DNA from: Deinococcales bacterium
GTDB lineage: Bacteria > Deinococcota > Deinococci > Deinococcales > JAAFIG01
Length of the DNA: 64,000 bases
Assembly: GCA_043778225.1 (NCBI GenBank)
Contig: JAYWGM010000015.1
Coordinates: 1 to 64,000, forward strand
Direction: 5' to 3'
Shown in pieces: positions 38,626-49,481 of this stretch (its first letter is position 1; each line of letters begins with the position of its first letter). The notes below the pieces were generated by a model. The model worked only from the letters and a program-made list of their open reading frames with translations, had not been told where the DNA came from and did not search any database. Both the position numbers and the translations under genes were made by a program.

Positions 38626-39840
38626 TTATATCCAACTGACTTGCCCAAAAGTTTCGGCTCGAGATTGCCCAGTTCCAAATATCACAACTTTACAACCGAC
38701 CAATTCTTCAATTCGGGCAATGTAATGCAGGACTGTCTTTGGTAGGTCTTCGCGGCGTTCAATGCCATCTAATCTTCCCCATCCGTCCATTTCCTCGAGT
38801 ATGGCATTGCCGTTTTCATCGTGTTCTATACCAAGTTTTACTTTGTCAAAACCACTTAAAAAATCGAGCTTGGTTAGGGCAATCCCATCAAAGCCGTTGA
38901 CTTCAACGGCGTATTTGACCAGTTTGGTGTCAAACCAACCCATGCGTCTCGGTCTGCCCGTGGTCGTGCCGTACTCTGCCCCAGGCGCATCGCGTTGTCC
39001 GCGTAGGCGATGCTCGAGTTCACCAAAAACCTCGGTTGGGAAAGGTCCATGTCCGACACGGCTGGTAAAGGCTTTGGCGACACCATAAACCTTGTTAATG
39101 TGCTTATGGTTCACGCCTGTCCCCACGAGGATTCCACCTACAGTGGGGTGGCTCGAGGTCACAAATGGGTATGTGCCGTAATTCAAATCGAGCAGTGTGG
39201 CTTGAGCGCCTTCAAAAAGTACATTCTGATTTTGATTGAGTGCATCGCGCAGCATCGAACCCGTGTCGGCAATAAATGGTGCAAGGATTTCTCGAGCTTG
39301 GAGCATATGCGGCAATGCGTCCTGAACAGTTTTCCAACCCACTTCGGCGGTGCTGTTGGGTTTGGCTTCGATTAAGCGCGTCAGTCGTTCGTGCAGCACT
39401 GCATCCGAAGCCAAATCGCCAGCCCGAATTCCAATCCGCCGAGCGCGGTCAGCATAGGCGGGTCCAATGCCACGTCCGGTTGTACCAACAAAGTCGTTCT
39501 TGCCATCTACGTGTTTATGGTGTGGCAGTACCAAATGGGCGCGGTCAGAAACGTAGACTTCGGGGTTTAAGCCATGGGTTTTAAGGTACGCCAGTTCTTC
39601 TTTGAACTTAAATGGGTCTATCACTAAGCCGTCGCCGAGAACAATTTTAACGCCCGGGCGCACTGCTCCAGCCGGAAAGAGATTCAACTTAAAAACCACA
39701 TCAGGCAGCACAATTGTATGCCCAGCATTTGCTCCGCCCGAGTAACGCACCACAAAATGCGCTTCTGGGGCAAGAAAATCCGTAACTTTACCTTTACCTT
39801 CATCGCCCCACTGAGCGCCAATAATTGCAATTCCAGGCAT
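38626..39840 (-). CDS. purA: Adenylosuccinate synthetase
   Basis: QWGDEGKGK, NAGHT, GTYPFVTSS, TTTGRPRR. Confidence 0.98.
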   Translation of the reverse strand: MPGIAIIGAQWGDEGKGKVTDFLAPEAHFVVRYSGGANAGHTIVLPDVVFKLNLFPAGAVRPGVKIVLGDGLVIDPFKFKEELAYLKTHGLNPEVYVSDRAHLVLPHHKHVDGKNDFVGTTGRGIGPAYADRARRIGIRAGDLASDAVLHERLTRLIEAKPNSTAEVGWKTVQDALPHMLQAREILAPFIADTGSMLRDALNQNQNVLFEGAQATLLDLNYGTYPFVTSSHPTVGGILVGTGVNHKHINKVYGVAKAFTSRVGHGPFPTEVFGELEHRLRGQRDAPGAEYGTTTGRPRRMGWFDTKLVKYAVEVNGFDGIALTKLDFLSGFDKVKLGIEHDENGNAILEEMDGWGRLDGIERREDLPKTVLHYIARIEELVGCKVVIFGTGQSRAETFGQVSWI

Positions 39841-39958
39841 GAATATCTCCTAATTTCAATAAAAAAACGGCGCAAAGCACCGTAGTTAAGTGTAACCCGA
39901 TTTAGCTCGAGACTCCAAACTGGGCTACACTAACAATCAGTCCTTGGAGGGGGTATTT

Positions 39959-40321
39959 ATGCACTGGTACTTGGAAGGTTTCAGAAGATACTTTGATTTT
40001 ACAGGTCGCACTCGTCGTAGAGGATACTGGATTTTTAGTTTGTTTCACATAATTGTTACGGTACTTGTTATTTTTGCTGACGCATTTACGGGAACACTTA
40101 ACCCACAAACCGGATTAGGAATTATTGGATGGCTTTATACGCTTTTTTCATTCATTCCAGGTTTAGCCATCACAGCCAGAAGACTCCAAGACACGGGGAA
40201 AGCAGGTTGGTGGCTGCTACTTATTTTCGTGCCATTTATTGGCGCTATAGCAATTTTTGGATTTACACTTCAAGACAGTGAAGCTGGCGCTAATGACTTT
40301 GGACCCAATCCAAAAACTTGA
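39959..40321 (+). CDS. DUF805 (YhaH-like) membrane protein
   Basis: YFDFTGRTRR..YW, RRLQDTGK, NDFGPNPK. Confidence 0.9.
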   Translation: MHWYLEGFRRYFDFTGRTRRRGYWIFSLFHIIVTVLVIFADAFTGTLNPQTGLGIIGWLYTLFSFIPGLAITARRLQDTGKAGWWLLLIFVPFIGAIAIFGFTLQDSEAGANDFGPNPKT

Positions 40322-40345
40322 CTAACTCGAGTTTTATTGGGTCAC

Positions 40346-40549
40346 TCATACAAGAATAAGTTCTTTGGTTGGACTCAAGTCTTTATTAAGAATCATCAGT
40401 TTAGAATCCTCGTCCATGTTGCGTTCCACTGCAAAATACAGCGACAACGCCCGTTTAACAATTTCAGCTTTTGGTACACGGCGTTTCTGGGCAAGTTGCT
40501 CGAGACGTTCATTGAATTGCTTATCACCATCTATGGTAAATCTGGACAT
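40346..40549 (-). CDS. Ribbon-helix-helix (CopG-like) small protein
   Basis: RFTID...ERLEQLA...KAEIVKRAL; AGAGG upstream. Confidence 0.75.
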   Translation of the reverse strand: MSRFTIDGDKQFNERLEQLAQKRRVPKAEIVKRALSLYFAVERNMDEDSKLMILNKDLSPTKELILV

Positions 40550-40645
40550 GAATGCACCTCTTTCTACTGCAAATCTACTGCAAATTGATACATCCGTCAA
40601 ATTGAATGAATTTGTAGACTTGTCAAGTCGAGTAGACTAGAATTT

Positions 40646-41068
40646 ATGAATCCTGTTCAAAGTATGCAAAACGCGATCGCGGCTGGTTGGCAAAAAGTGC
40701 TTGATGGTTTGCTGGCACTTAATCCAGTTCCTGAACCACTGCGCCCTTTGATTGGCTCAAGGTACTTTTGGTTTCTGATTTGGGTAGCCATTTTCTCGAG
40801 CCTCGGGCGCAATTTACTGGGCGAACGCTTTGGGGCTTGGCTTGGAGCAATTCTAGGCGGCTTGGTTTGGGCTTCGTTTATGCCACGTCCTGAACTCGAG
40901 CTTGGTGGCTTGCTTTTGTTGCTGGTGGTTGCGCCATTATTGCTGGGTTGGTTCTCGAGAACACGACTCGGGCAGCGCACCAGAGGCGCAAAAAGCTGCC
41001 CAGACTGCTTTGAGGAAGTTAAGCATCAAGCCAAGGTTTGTAAGCACTGCGGGTATCGGTTTTCGTAA
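40646..41068 (+). CDS. Membrane protein with C-terminal zinc ribbon
   Basis: Three hydrophobic segments and CPDC...CKHC. Confidence 0.8.
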   Translation: MNPVQSMQNAIAAGWQKVLDGLLALNPVPEPLRPLIGSRYFWFLIWVAIFSSLGRNLLGERFGAWLGAILGGLVWASFMPRPELELGGLLLLLVVAPLLLGWFSRTRLGQRTRGAKSCPDCFEEVKHQAKVCKHCGYRFS

Positions 41069-41097
41069 AGTGCCTTTGGATTGTCAAACCAAACGGT

Positions 41098-42006
41098 TCA
41101 GTCAGCAGCAAACAATTCGGTACTCAAATAGCGTGCGCCAGTATCGCAGGCAATCGTCACTATTCTTTTGCCAACCCCAAGTTCTTTTGCCAAAAGCACC
41201 GCACTGTAAATCATACCGCCACCACTCATGCCAACAAATAAGCCTTCCTCGCGGGCTAAACGCCGAGCAAACGGAAAAGCATCTTCCTCGAGAACCGTTA
41301 CGATACGATCTAAAATACTTCGGTCAAGGTTTTTGGGAATAAAGCCCGGACCCATGCCCTGAAAACCATGTTGTCCTCGAGTGCCGCCACTCAGGACATT
41401 GCTGCGCTGTGGTTCGACTGCCACGACTTCTATGCTCGAGTCTTGTTCTTTGAGGTATTTGCCAGTGCCACTGATTGTGCCACCCGTGCCAGTGCCGTAA
41501 ACAAACATATCCATGCGCCCCTGCATCTGCGCCCAAATTTCAGGTCCGGTTGTTTGGTAATGAATTCGTGGATTGGCAGGATTTTCAAACTGATTGGGCA
41601 TCCAAGCGTTCGGTAAACTCGAGACAATCCGCTCGGCTTCCTCGATGGCGGCGAGCATTCGCCGTTCTGGGTCGGTCAGCACAAGCTCCGCGCCATATGC
41701 CCGCAAGGTGCGTTTGCGTTCTTCGGACATTTGGGCTGGCAAAGTTAAAATTAGTTTGTAACCTCGAGCCGCCGCAATTTGTGCTAAGCCAATGCCGGTA
41801 TTGCCACTGGTTGGCTCGACAATTGTGCCACCCGGCTTTAATACGCCTCGTGCTTCGGCATCCAAAACCATACTTAAAGCGGTGCGGTCTTTGATGCTTC
41901 CGCCAGGGTTTTGCCCCTCGAGTTTGACCCAGACCTCGGCACTGTCTGGCTCGAGAACACGTTGTAACTGCAAAATCGGGGTATTGCCAATCAGCGAATC
42001 AATCAT
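41098..42006 (-). CDS. cysK: Cysteine synthase A
   Basis: NPGGSIKDR, EPTSGNTG, GTGTGGT. Confidence 0.95.
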   Translation of the reverse strand: MIDSLIGNTPILQLQRVLEPDSAEVWVKLEGQNPGGSIKDRTALSMVLDAEARGVLKPGGTIVEPTSGNTGIGLAQIAAARGYKLILTLPAQMSEERKRTLRAYGAELVLTDPERRMLAAIEEAERIVSSLPNAWMPNQFENPANPRIHYQTTGPEIWAQMQGRMDMFVYGTGTGGTISGTGKYLKEQDSSIEVVAVEPQRSNVLSGGTRGQHGFQGMGPGFIPKNLDRSILDRIVTVLEEDAFPFARRLAREEGLFVGMSGGGMIYSAVLLAKELGVGKRIVTIACDTGARYLSTELFAAD

Positions 42007-42073
42007 AGAATTAAGTTACCGCGTTTAGACCAACAAGGCAGTTCTATAGGCTACTTGCTGTTAAAATTATGGC

Positions 42074-42967
42074 ATGACCAAAAATAAATTGCTGCTTGGC
42101 ATAGATGCTGGCGCGAGCAGCACCAAATGGGCGTTGCTAAAACCAAATTTCGAGTTTGTGGCGGCTGGGCGAACACCAGCCTTGACTGGGCATATTTTTA
42201 CCCAGCAGCAGCGCCAAGAAAATCTGGCAGCCCTCGAGTTACTTTTTGCCGTTTTGCAGGAATTTGTGCCAACCGATGCGGTGGTTGGCATCACGGGTTT
42301 AAGCATTGGCGACCAAGCAGCCCAGTTTTACCAAAGCGTTTTACTCGAGCGCTTGGGTTTATCCTCAATTTCGGTGATGTCGGATATGGATTTAGCCTAT
42401 TTGGCGCATTTTGAACGCGGTCAAGGCATATTGGTTTATGCGGGTACAGGTGGCATCGCTTATCATCTTGGGGTAGACCATGCGGTCACTCGAGCCGGCG
42501 GACGCGGTTATTTGATTGCCGACCCCGGTGGCGGTTTTAGCATTGGTCAAAAAGCCCTTGAGTTGGTTACGACCCTAATGGATGTTTCAGAGACCCCGCA
42601 AACTCATCCGCTTGCAGCAGCAATTTTTTTAGAAGTTGGCTCGAGCGAGTGGGCGGTGCTGCGCCAACACGTTTACACGGGCGGAAGACTGGCTGTGGCA
42701 GCCTTTGCGCCTTTGGTTGGAAAAGTGGCGGCGCAAAACAACCCCGATGCAATCCAAATTCTCGAGCAAGCTGGGGCAGAAATAGCAATGTTGGTGCAGC
42801 GCATTATCAGCCGAGTTGGCGTTCTACCAATAGCTCTGGCGGGTGGAGCGCTTTTGGTTTCGCCAATCGTCGCCCAAGCGGCTCAAGCCAAGCTGAATGG
42901 TTTAGAGGTGCGTCTGCTAAACTTAGATTTAGCCCAAGCGGCTGCAAAAATGGCATCGAAGCCTTAG
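42074..42967 (+). CDS. BadF/BadG/BcrA/BcrD-type sugar (N-acetylglucosamine) kinase
   Basis: GIDAGASSTK, AGTG, GGRGYLIADPGGG. Confidence 0.85.
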   Translation: MTKNKLLLGIDAGASSTKWALLKPNFEFVAAGRTPALTGHIFTQQQRQENLAALELLFAVLQEFVPTDAVVGITGLSIGDQAAQFYQSVLLERLGLSSISVMSDMDLAYLAHFERGQGILVYAGTGGIAYHLGVDHAVTRAGGRGYLIADPGGGFSIGQKALELVTTLMDVSETPQTHPLAAAIFLEVGSSEWAVLRQHVYTGGRLAVAAFAPLVGKVAAQNNPDAIQILEQAGAEIAMLVQRIISRVGVLPIALAGGALLVSPIVAQAAQAKLNGLEVRLLNLDLAQAAAKMASKP

Positions 42968-43158
42968 TGTTTTTTTGCCAGTGCCATCAAGACATCTTTT
43001 TCGATAATCAAGCCGTTTGTGCCAGTTCCTTTAATGTTTGTCCAGTCGAGATGATTTTCTTCGGCAATGCGTTTTGCCAATGGTGCAATGCCAGACTGAT
43101 GTTGGGTTTCTGGTTGCGCCAGACTGTTTTGTTTGAACCAGTCTTCAAAGTCGTTCAT
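42964..43158 (-). CDS. Stand-alone E3-binding (peripheral subunit-binding) domain protein
   Basis: IAPLAKRIAEENHLDWTNIKGTGTNGLIIEKDV. Confidence 0.8.
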   Translation of the reverse strand: MNDFEDWFKQNSLAQPETQHQSGIAPLAKRIAEENHLDWTNIKGTGTNGLIIEKDVLMALAKKH

Positions 43159-43189
43159 ACATCATAGTAGCACCAATCAAGCGCAATCT

Positions 43190-43867
43190 TCATGGCTCGA
43201 GACTACTTTTTTTGGCGTGAATAATCGCAATTTTCTGCCAGATTTTCCTTGATAAACCCGTGGTCAGCACCTCGAGTTCGTTGACACTCTGGTTGGCTTC
43301 GGGGTCGTCAAATCGGGCAATGTATAAAAAGGCGATTTTTGAAATCAGCGCTAATAGTTCTGAGCAGTAATCTAGGTAGCGCCCAAGTTGTAGGTCGGTC
43401 AGTTGTGTGTTTGGATCGTTGGGGTCTTTAGAAAGCTGCTTCATGTCGACAATATGCGCCACACTGCGTAAGCGATTTAGGGCATCCACCACTCGAGTGC
43501 GTTTGACTCGAGTTTCAATCGTCATCAAAGAATAAATACCAGCTGCCAACAGCACAATTTCGCTGGTGGTTGCCTCGAGTAAGCCGACCAAATCACTGAT
43601 GTTGAGGTTACTAACGGTGATGTTTAAGCTCGAAATGGTCAGGATAAGGGCAATAAATACAACCGCTAAAAAAATACCAATCGAGAACCGCAGCCAACGA
43701 ATCGGCTTATTGATTTCGTCGGTCACTGCTGTGGTTTGTTGCGAGAAAATTATTAAATCGGCACAAGTTTCGCCCAACCCACTGCCCGGAAAGCGATGCT
43801 CGATTCGGGCATACAATTTCTCGAGCGTTTCAGTGATTTTGGTGGCTTGAAGTTCGGCATTGAGCAT
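43190..43867 (-). CDS. Hypothetical membrane protein
   Basis: Two hydrophobic segments; RIEHRFPGSGL, HIVDMKQLSKDP, RYLDYCSE look conserved. Confidence 0.75.
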   Translation of the reverse strand: MLNAELQATKITETLEKLYARIEHRFPGSGLGETCADLIIFSQQTTAVTDEINKPIRWLRFSIGIFLAVVFIALILTISSLNITVSNLNISDLVGLLEATTSEIVLLAAGIYSLMTIETRVKRTRVVDALNRLRSVAHIVDMKQLSKDPNDPNTQLTDLQLGRYLDYCSELLALISKIAFLYIARFDDPEANQSVNELEVLTTGLSRKIWQKIAIIHAKKSSLEP

Positions 43868-43875
43868 GAAGTATC

Positions 43876-44673
43876 TTAACGTTTTATCGGGATAGCAATT
43901 TCGGTGCGGTATTGGCTTGGGTCAGAGACCGATAACGGATGGTCTAAAAAGGTTTCGCGGACATCACCAATCATCTGATGCTCGGATTCGGCAAGCCACA
44001 TCAGTAACCGCTCGAGGGTTTGCGGGATATTGTTGTATTCTCCATAGTGAATTGCACAGGCGTATTCGGCAGACTCGAGTTCAAAAACGGTTGGTTCTTG
44101 GCTTGGAGTTGCAATGATCGGAATACAAGCTCGAATCTCCATTTCCCGTTTTCGCCACGGAATCGGATAGGTGCAAAAAGCCGCTCCATTGGTCACCAAA
44201 CCATGGCTACGGACAGTAGAATAAACCCTGCCAATGGTCTGTCCAATGATGGCTCGCATATCATTTTCTGCCCAAAGAACAGTTTGGGACAAACAAACCA
44301 TGCTCTGTTTTGGGATGATACGAAAAATTACCGAGAATGAATTTTTGTCGTTGCTGATGATCCTATCGAGCTTTTGTAGCATTTTTCGATGCTCGAGCAA
44401 ACGGTTTTCGATAAATTGCCGATGATCGAGCAATTGTTGGCTGGCTTCTTTTGGGTTTTGTAAAATTGCCAAGATGGTATCTAGGGGCATTTCGCATTCA
44501 CGAAGTAATTTGATTTGTTCGGCTATTTCGACTTGTTCTAAAGTGTAATAACGGTAGCCCGTGTCTGGGTCTATCAGGCGTGGCTCGAGGATGCCTTGGG
44601 TATTATAAAGTCGTAAGGCACGAATCGAAAGCCCGCTAAGTCGAGAGAATTTCCCTATTGAGATGAGGTTCAT
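43876..44673 (-). CDS. MerR-family regulator with GyrI-like effector domain
   Basis: SIGKFSRLSGLSIRALRLY...TGYRYY; HYGEY...RTEIAIPI. Confidence 0.92.
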   Translation of the reverse strand: MNLISIGKFSRLSGLSIRALRLYNTQGILEPRLIDPDTGYRYYTLEQVEIAEQIKLLRECEMPLDTILAILQNPKEASQQLLDHRQFIENRLLEHRKMLQKLDRIISNDKNSFSVIFRIIPKQSMVCLSQTVLWAENDMRAIIGQTIGRVYSTVRSHGLVTNGAAFCTYPIPWRKREMEIRACIPIIATPSQEPTVFELESAEYACAIHYGEYNNIPQTLERLLMWLAESEHQMIGDVRETFLDHPLSVSDPSQYRTEIAIPIKR

Positions 44674-44751
44674 ATGACTCCCCAGCCCACACAAAACCGC
44701 AGCGCGTCTCCCGTTATGTGGCTTTTTATAATTTAGCACGTTCTCAATAGG

Positions 44752-46680
44752 TCAGCCTAACCAAAAGTATTGGTAGGGCTTTAACCAAATCATTCCCGAT
44801 TCTATTTTTATATTTTGTTGGCTGATAAAATCCCAAACTTGGTCGGTCTCGAGCCACCAAGTTGGAATGGCTTGGCTGGTTTCGGAAAAATTAAATAGGC
44901 ACAATAAACGCCCAAGCGGATGAACCCGTTCAAAGGCAAAGACCGCAGGATTTGGCGACTCGAGAACCGTGCTTTCGATCGCGGCGTGTAAATGTGGGGT
45001 ACGGATTCGAGCGTGGATTAACCCCAGAATTCCAGCTTGAACTTGGCTTTGGGCTTTTTCTTGTAGGGTTTTTGGCTGAGTCAGCTTTGGTAGTACACCC
45101 CAAGGAAATTTTTGGCGGTGAACCCAACGGTTATCCATTGCCATTTCGGGTTGCTCGAGGTAACTCAGGTCGTTTAAGAGTGCCAATTCATCGCCCATAT
45201 AGAGCAGTGGGATTCCACCAAAAGAAAAAACCACGGCATGGGTCATCAGTAAGCGTTGTAGACTTAATTCAACTTGGCGTGGGTTTTGTTGCTCGAGGGC
45301 TAATTCTAAGCCAGCCAGACTGGCGGCACTGCCCGAGATTCGGCGGTCATGGGTTTTTGGGTTTTCTTGAAAAACCAAGCCTCTGGCGTGTGAACCAGCA
45401 AAAATTCCACTGTAAAAATCGGACAAAAAACGCCGATGGGCATAACCATCTAAGCCGACATCTCGAGCATCGGCATCCGAAATCGCCCAGCCAATGTCGT
45501 CGTGACAACGCACATAAGTATTCCAAGCGGTGTTGTTTGGCTTCTTTGGGAATTGGCGCAGTGCATGGCTCATCAGGCGGGTGTTGCGTGAAGCCAAACT
45601 CGACCAGAGTTGCACCATCAGGCTGTTATGATAGGCGCTGTCCGAAACCTTACCAAAGTGCTTACCCTGCCCAAGATAATGAATCAGGTCGTTTGGGGCA
45701 ACAATCGCTTCGGCTTTGAACAGCACGGCTGGCGCGACGATTCTTGCCACACTTCGCAGGGCTTGGGTAATCTGATGCACTTCTGGTAGGTTTTGGCAAT
45801 TTGTGCCAAGGCGCTTAAAGATAAAAGCAATCGCATCGAGCCTAAAAATATCAATGCCTTTGTTAGCAAGCCATAAAATCACGTCGACAAACTCGAAAAA
45901 AACCTCAAAATTGCCCCAGTTAAGGTCCCATTGCCAAGTGTTAAAAGTTGTCCAGACCCAGTTTTTAGATTCCAGATTGAACGTAAAATTGCCCGGTGCA
46001 AAATCTGGAAAAACCTCTGGTAAGTGCTGCTCGAGTTGGTCGGGCATGGTGCGGTCTGGGTAAAAATAAAAATAGTCTTGGTATTTGCGCTCACCACTTT
46101 GGGCGCGTACCGCCCATTCGTGTTCCATTGCCACATGGTTTAAGACCAAATCGCAGCATAAAGAAATTCCTTTTTGGTGCAGCGCTTCAGTCAGTCGCTC
46201 GAGGTCATCCATTGTGCCAAGGTCGGAACGCACTTGGCGAAAATTTTGCACCGCATAGCCACCATCGTGTGGGGCTGGGCGGGGCTGCAAAAATGGCATC
46301 AGGTGCAAATACTTAATTTTTAAGGATTCCAAATACGGTATTTTCTCGATAATGCCAGCTAAATTGCCAGCAAAACGCTCGGTGTACGCCACATAGGCAA
46401 TCATTTCGGGTTCTTGAAACCAATCTGGCGCAAGTAAGCGCTCTGAGTCAAGTTGGCGCAGACTTGTTTTGCGTTGGCTGTGGTGCGTGGTCATGACCTC
46501 GAGTAGCTGCTCGAGTTGGTCGGACGTGGGCGCATAGACCTCGAGTCCAGCCATTAAATCGGGTAAATACCTTTTGAGCCGTGCCAAAAAGACATCGCGC
46601 TCTGGCAATACAAGAGAAATCTTTGTCTCGAGGTTATCGAGCAAATGCCGTTGAGCAGGGGATAGGGGAGAGGAAAACAT
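44752..46680 (-). CDS. Amylosucrase (GH13)
   Basis: DGGYAV, DLVLNH, RLDAIAF, KAEAIV, YVRCHDDIGW, DNRWVHR. Confidence 0.9.
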   Translation of the reverse strand: MFSSPLSPAQRHLLDNLETKISLVLPERDVFLARLKRYLPDLMAGLEVYAPTSDQLEQLLEVMTTHHSQRKTSLRQLDSERLLAPDWFQEPEMIAYVAYTERFAGNLAGIIEKIPYLESLKIKYLHLMPFLQPRPAPHDGGYAVQNFRQVRSDLGTMDDLERLTEALHQKGISLCCDLVLNHVAMEHEWAVRAQSGERKYQDYFYFYPDRTMPDQLEQHLPEVFPDFAPGNFTFNLESKNWVWTTFNTWQWDLNWGNFEVFFEFVDVILWLANKGIDIFRLDAIAFIFKRLGTNCQNLPEVHQITQALRSVARIVAPAVLFKAEAIVAPNDLIHYLGQGKHFGKVSDSAYHNSLMVQLWSSLASRNTRLMSHALRQFPKKPNNTAWNTYVRCHDDIGWAISDADARDVGLDGYAHRRFLSDFYSGIFAGSHARGLVFQENPKTHDRRISGSAASLAGLELALEQQNPRQVELSLQRLLMTHAVVFSFGGIPLLYMGDELALLNDLSYLEQPEMAMDNRWVHRQKFPWGVLPKLTQPKTLQEKAQSQVQAGILGLIHARIRTPHLHAAIESTVLESPNPAVFAFERVHPLGRLLCLFNFSETSQAIPTWWLETDQVWDFISQQNIKIESGMIWLKPYQYFWLG

Positions 46681-46756
46681 ATCGTAAACGCTTACGGGTA
46701 GTTTAACATAAAAAGCCGCATTGAACCAAAATCGTTCTTGGCGCGTACACTAAGTC

Positions 46757-48154
46757 ATGATGCCCGCCTTTATTGCCAGTGTTGCGCTTGCTGCGCTCAG
46801 TCTGCTCGCCCGAGTGCTGTTTAATATCCCTTCGCCACTCGAAAAACTCTACACGACGATCACTTTTTGGCTTGGTACACCCGAAATGTTTCAATTGGTG
46901 CATAAGTTACTTGGCTTTGGTGAAGCTGGGAAAATCGCGGCCTTTCTTGGCTCGAGCCTGCTTTTTATTGGCGGTCTGACTATTTTGGGGAGGGTTGGCG
47001 TGCTGCCCGCCACGCTTGGTGTGGCTTTGCTTTCGCTTGGGCTTTTATTCTCGAGTCAAGGCTTGGCTGCTTTTATCTGGGCGGTCGCTTATGCTGGCTT
47101 GTATTTTGGCATTCGCCGTATTCTCGAGCCTTTGCAGACCGACCCTGAACGGCGTGGCACACTGCAAACCCTGACGGGGGGCGCAGTCGGGGTGCTTGGG
47201 CTTGGTGCATTTGGCTTTTTGCAACCGCTTCTGCGTGGCTCGAGTGCAGTCGCGGCTGCGCCACTGGCTGCCAACACCCCTAAATTGCCAGACGGCATTG
47301 TGTCGCAAAAAGACTTGTACTATGTTTCGATCAACAACGAATTGCTCGACCCTAAAGTCAAAGAAGAGTCCTGGACGCTTGAGTTGGCTGGGCTGGTCAA
47401 AAATCCACAAAAATTTACCCTCCAAGAACTCAAAGACCAATTTAAGCCCCAAGACCTCGAGTTCACCATGAGTTGTATTTCTAATCCAGTTGGCGGCACG
47501 TTGATTGGCAACTGTAACTGGCGCGGTTTGCGGGTTAAGGATTTACTCGAGCAAGTTGGTATACAAGCAGGCGCAAAATGGATTACATGGGAAGCCGCCG
47601 ATGGTTTTTATGAATCCTTGCCACTCGGAGAAGCGCTCGAGGATGATGTGCTGCTGGCATATTTTATCAATGGTGAGCCATTAAACAATAAGCATGGTTT
47701 TCCATTGCGTTTAATTCTGCCAGGGCATTACGGCATGAAGCAACCGCGTTGGATGACCAAAATTACGCTCAGCAGTGAAGAACGCCTTGGTTACTGGGCA
47801 AACCGTGGCTGGAGCAAAACCGCCTATATTCAGCCCCACAGCCGTATAGACGACCTCGAGAAACTGAGTGCAGGACAAGTCACAACTTTGCGCGGAATTG
47901 CCTACGCGGGTATCGAAGCAATCGAAAAAGTCGAAGTCAGCACCGATGGCGGCAAAACGTGGAACAGCGCCAGCCTCGAGAAACGCGCCCGTTATGCTTG
48001 GACTCGTTGGACATTGGCATGGACTCCAACCTCTGGGCAGCACCAGTTGGTTGTGCGCTGTTATGCGGCAGGAAAAGTACAAACCGAAGAAATGCGCGAT
48101 AGCCTGCCAGAAGCCGCCAGCGGTTGGCATAAGCTCAATGCTTTTGTGGCTTAG
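46757..48154 (+). CDS. Membrane-anchored sulfite-oxidase-family molybdoenzyme
   Basis: CISNPVGG, HGFPLRL, GHYGMKQPRW, VEVSTDGG. Confidence 0.9.
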   Translation: MMPAFIASVALAALSLLARVLFNIPSPLEKLYTTITFWLGTPEMFQLVHKLLGFGEAGKIAAFLGSSLLFIGGLTILGRVGVLPATLGVALLSLGLLFSSQGLAAFIWAVAYAGLYFGIRRILEPLQTDPERRGTLQTLTGGAVGVLGLGAFGFLQPLLRGSSAVAAAPLAANTPKLPDGIVSQKDLYYVSINNELLDPKVKEESWTLELAGLVKNPQKFTLQELKDQFKPQDLEFTMSCISNPVGGTLIGNCNWRGLRVKDLLEQVGIQAGAKWITWEAADGFYESLPLGEALEDDVLLAYFINGEPLNNKHGFPLRLILPGHYGMKQPRWMTKITLSSEERLGYWANRGWSKTAYIQPHSRIDDLEKLSAGQVTTLRGIAYAGIEAIEKVEVSTDGGKTWNSASLEKRARYAWTRWTLAWTPTSGQHQLVVRCYAAGKVQTEEMRDSLPEAASGWHKLNAFVA

Positions 48155-48683
48155 GGCAAAACTTTTATCGTGCCTTCGCCAGCCACGACCCAAAAGTGTT
48201 TGTCTAAGCTCATCACTAAGCCGCCGTTGCGTTCGGCGCAAGCAACCACCAGCGCATCGGCAAGTCCAAGTGGCAGGTTTTGGTACTTGTTGACCAAAAC
48301 TTGGGCGCGTTTAATATCTTGGTCTTGTGGTGCTAATACCAAATTATGTTAATCAGTCGCGTATTTTGACTGATTAACCGACTAAAAGGAGTGATAACAG
48401 AACCGAATTAACGCTTGAACGACAGTTTGACCGTGTTTTTTGGTCAAACGAGAGTGATTAAGTTAATTCGGTATAATTGATAAATTCCCGATTGAATGTC
48501 GTTTAGAAAAGCATTTAGGGCGTAAAGTCCAAGGCGCTGCTCGAGCAGCCAAGCAATTTCTGTGAGAATTCCTGTTGGAATCAGGTACGGAGTTGGGAAT
48601 TTCAAAACCATTTCTCGAGACCGTTTATGGTCTGGGTCTTTTTGATTCGCCAGAGCAAAAACTACACTCGTATCAAGGGTCAT
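48151..48683 (-). pseudogene. PIN/VapC toxin gene interrupted by a 134-bp insertion
   Basis: N-half MTLDTSVV...LTEIAW...GIYQ and C-half LVLAPQ...LADA...SLDKHF rejoin in frame when 48343..48476 is removed. Confidence 0.85.
48343..48476. mobile_element. 134-bp hairpin-rich non-coding insertion (MITE-like)
   Basis: Perfect stems at 48348-58/48368-78 (11 bp), 48402-12/48462-72 (11 bp) and 48425-32/48442-49 (8 bp). Confidence 0.7.
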
Positions 48684-48901
48684 TTCAATGGGTCCCAATT
48701 CTTGTACAACCATTCTTCGCTGTCTGCGCCAGTCAAATCACTTTCGCCAATGCCAAGTGACGAAAACACCAAATTATTTGGCAATAAGTAGCGCGATTCA
48801 AGGTCTTTGGTCAAAAACTGTTCAACTGTCAGACCGTGTTGGTCTGCAATAAAATGCAGCTTTTCCTCGAGTTGTGGTTTTAAGGTTAGCACTAAAGTCA
48901 T
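48680..48901 (-). CDS. Putative antitoxin of the PIN toxin
   Basis: 73 aa, RHH-like N-terminus, ATGA overlap with the PIN start. Confidence 0.75.
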   Translation of the reverse strand: MTLVLTLKPQLEEKLHFIADQHGLTVEQFLTKDLESRYLLPNNLVFSSLGIGESDLTGADSEEWLYKNWDPLK

Positions 48902-48968
48902 ACCTTAGATTGTAGCAGCAAAAAGTGAACCGAGTACAACCACAGCCACTTGTCTCGAGCCACGCTAA

Positions 48969-49481
<513 letters not shown>

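Noticed and set aside
40271..40278. CAAGACAG in the DUF805 gene as another 39-bp element
   Set aside because: It lacks AGGTGC and the paired stem, so it is a chance match.
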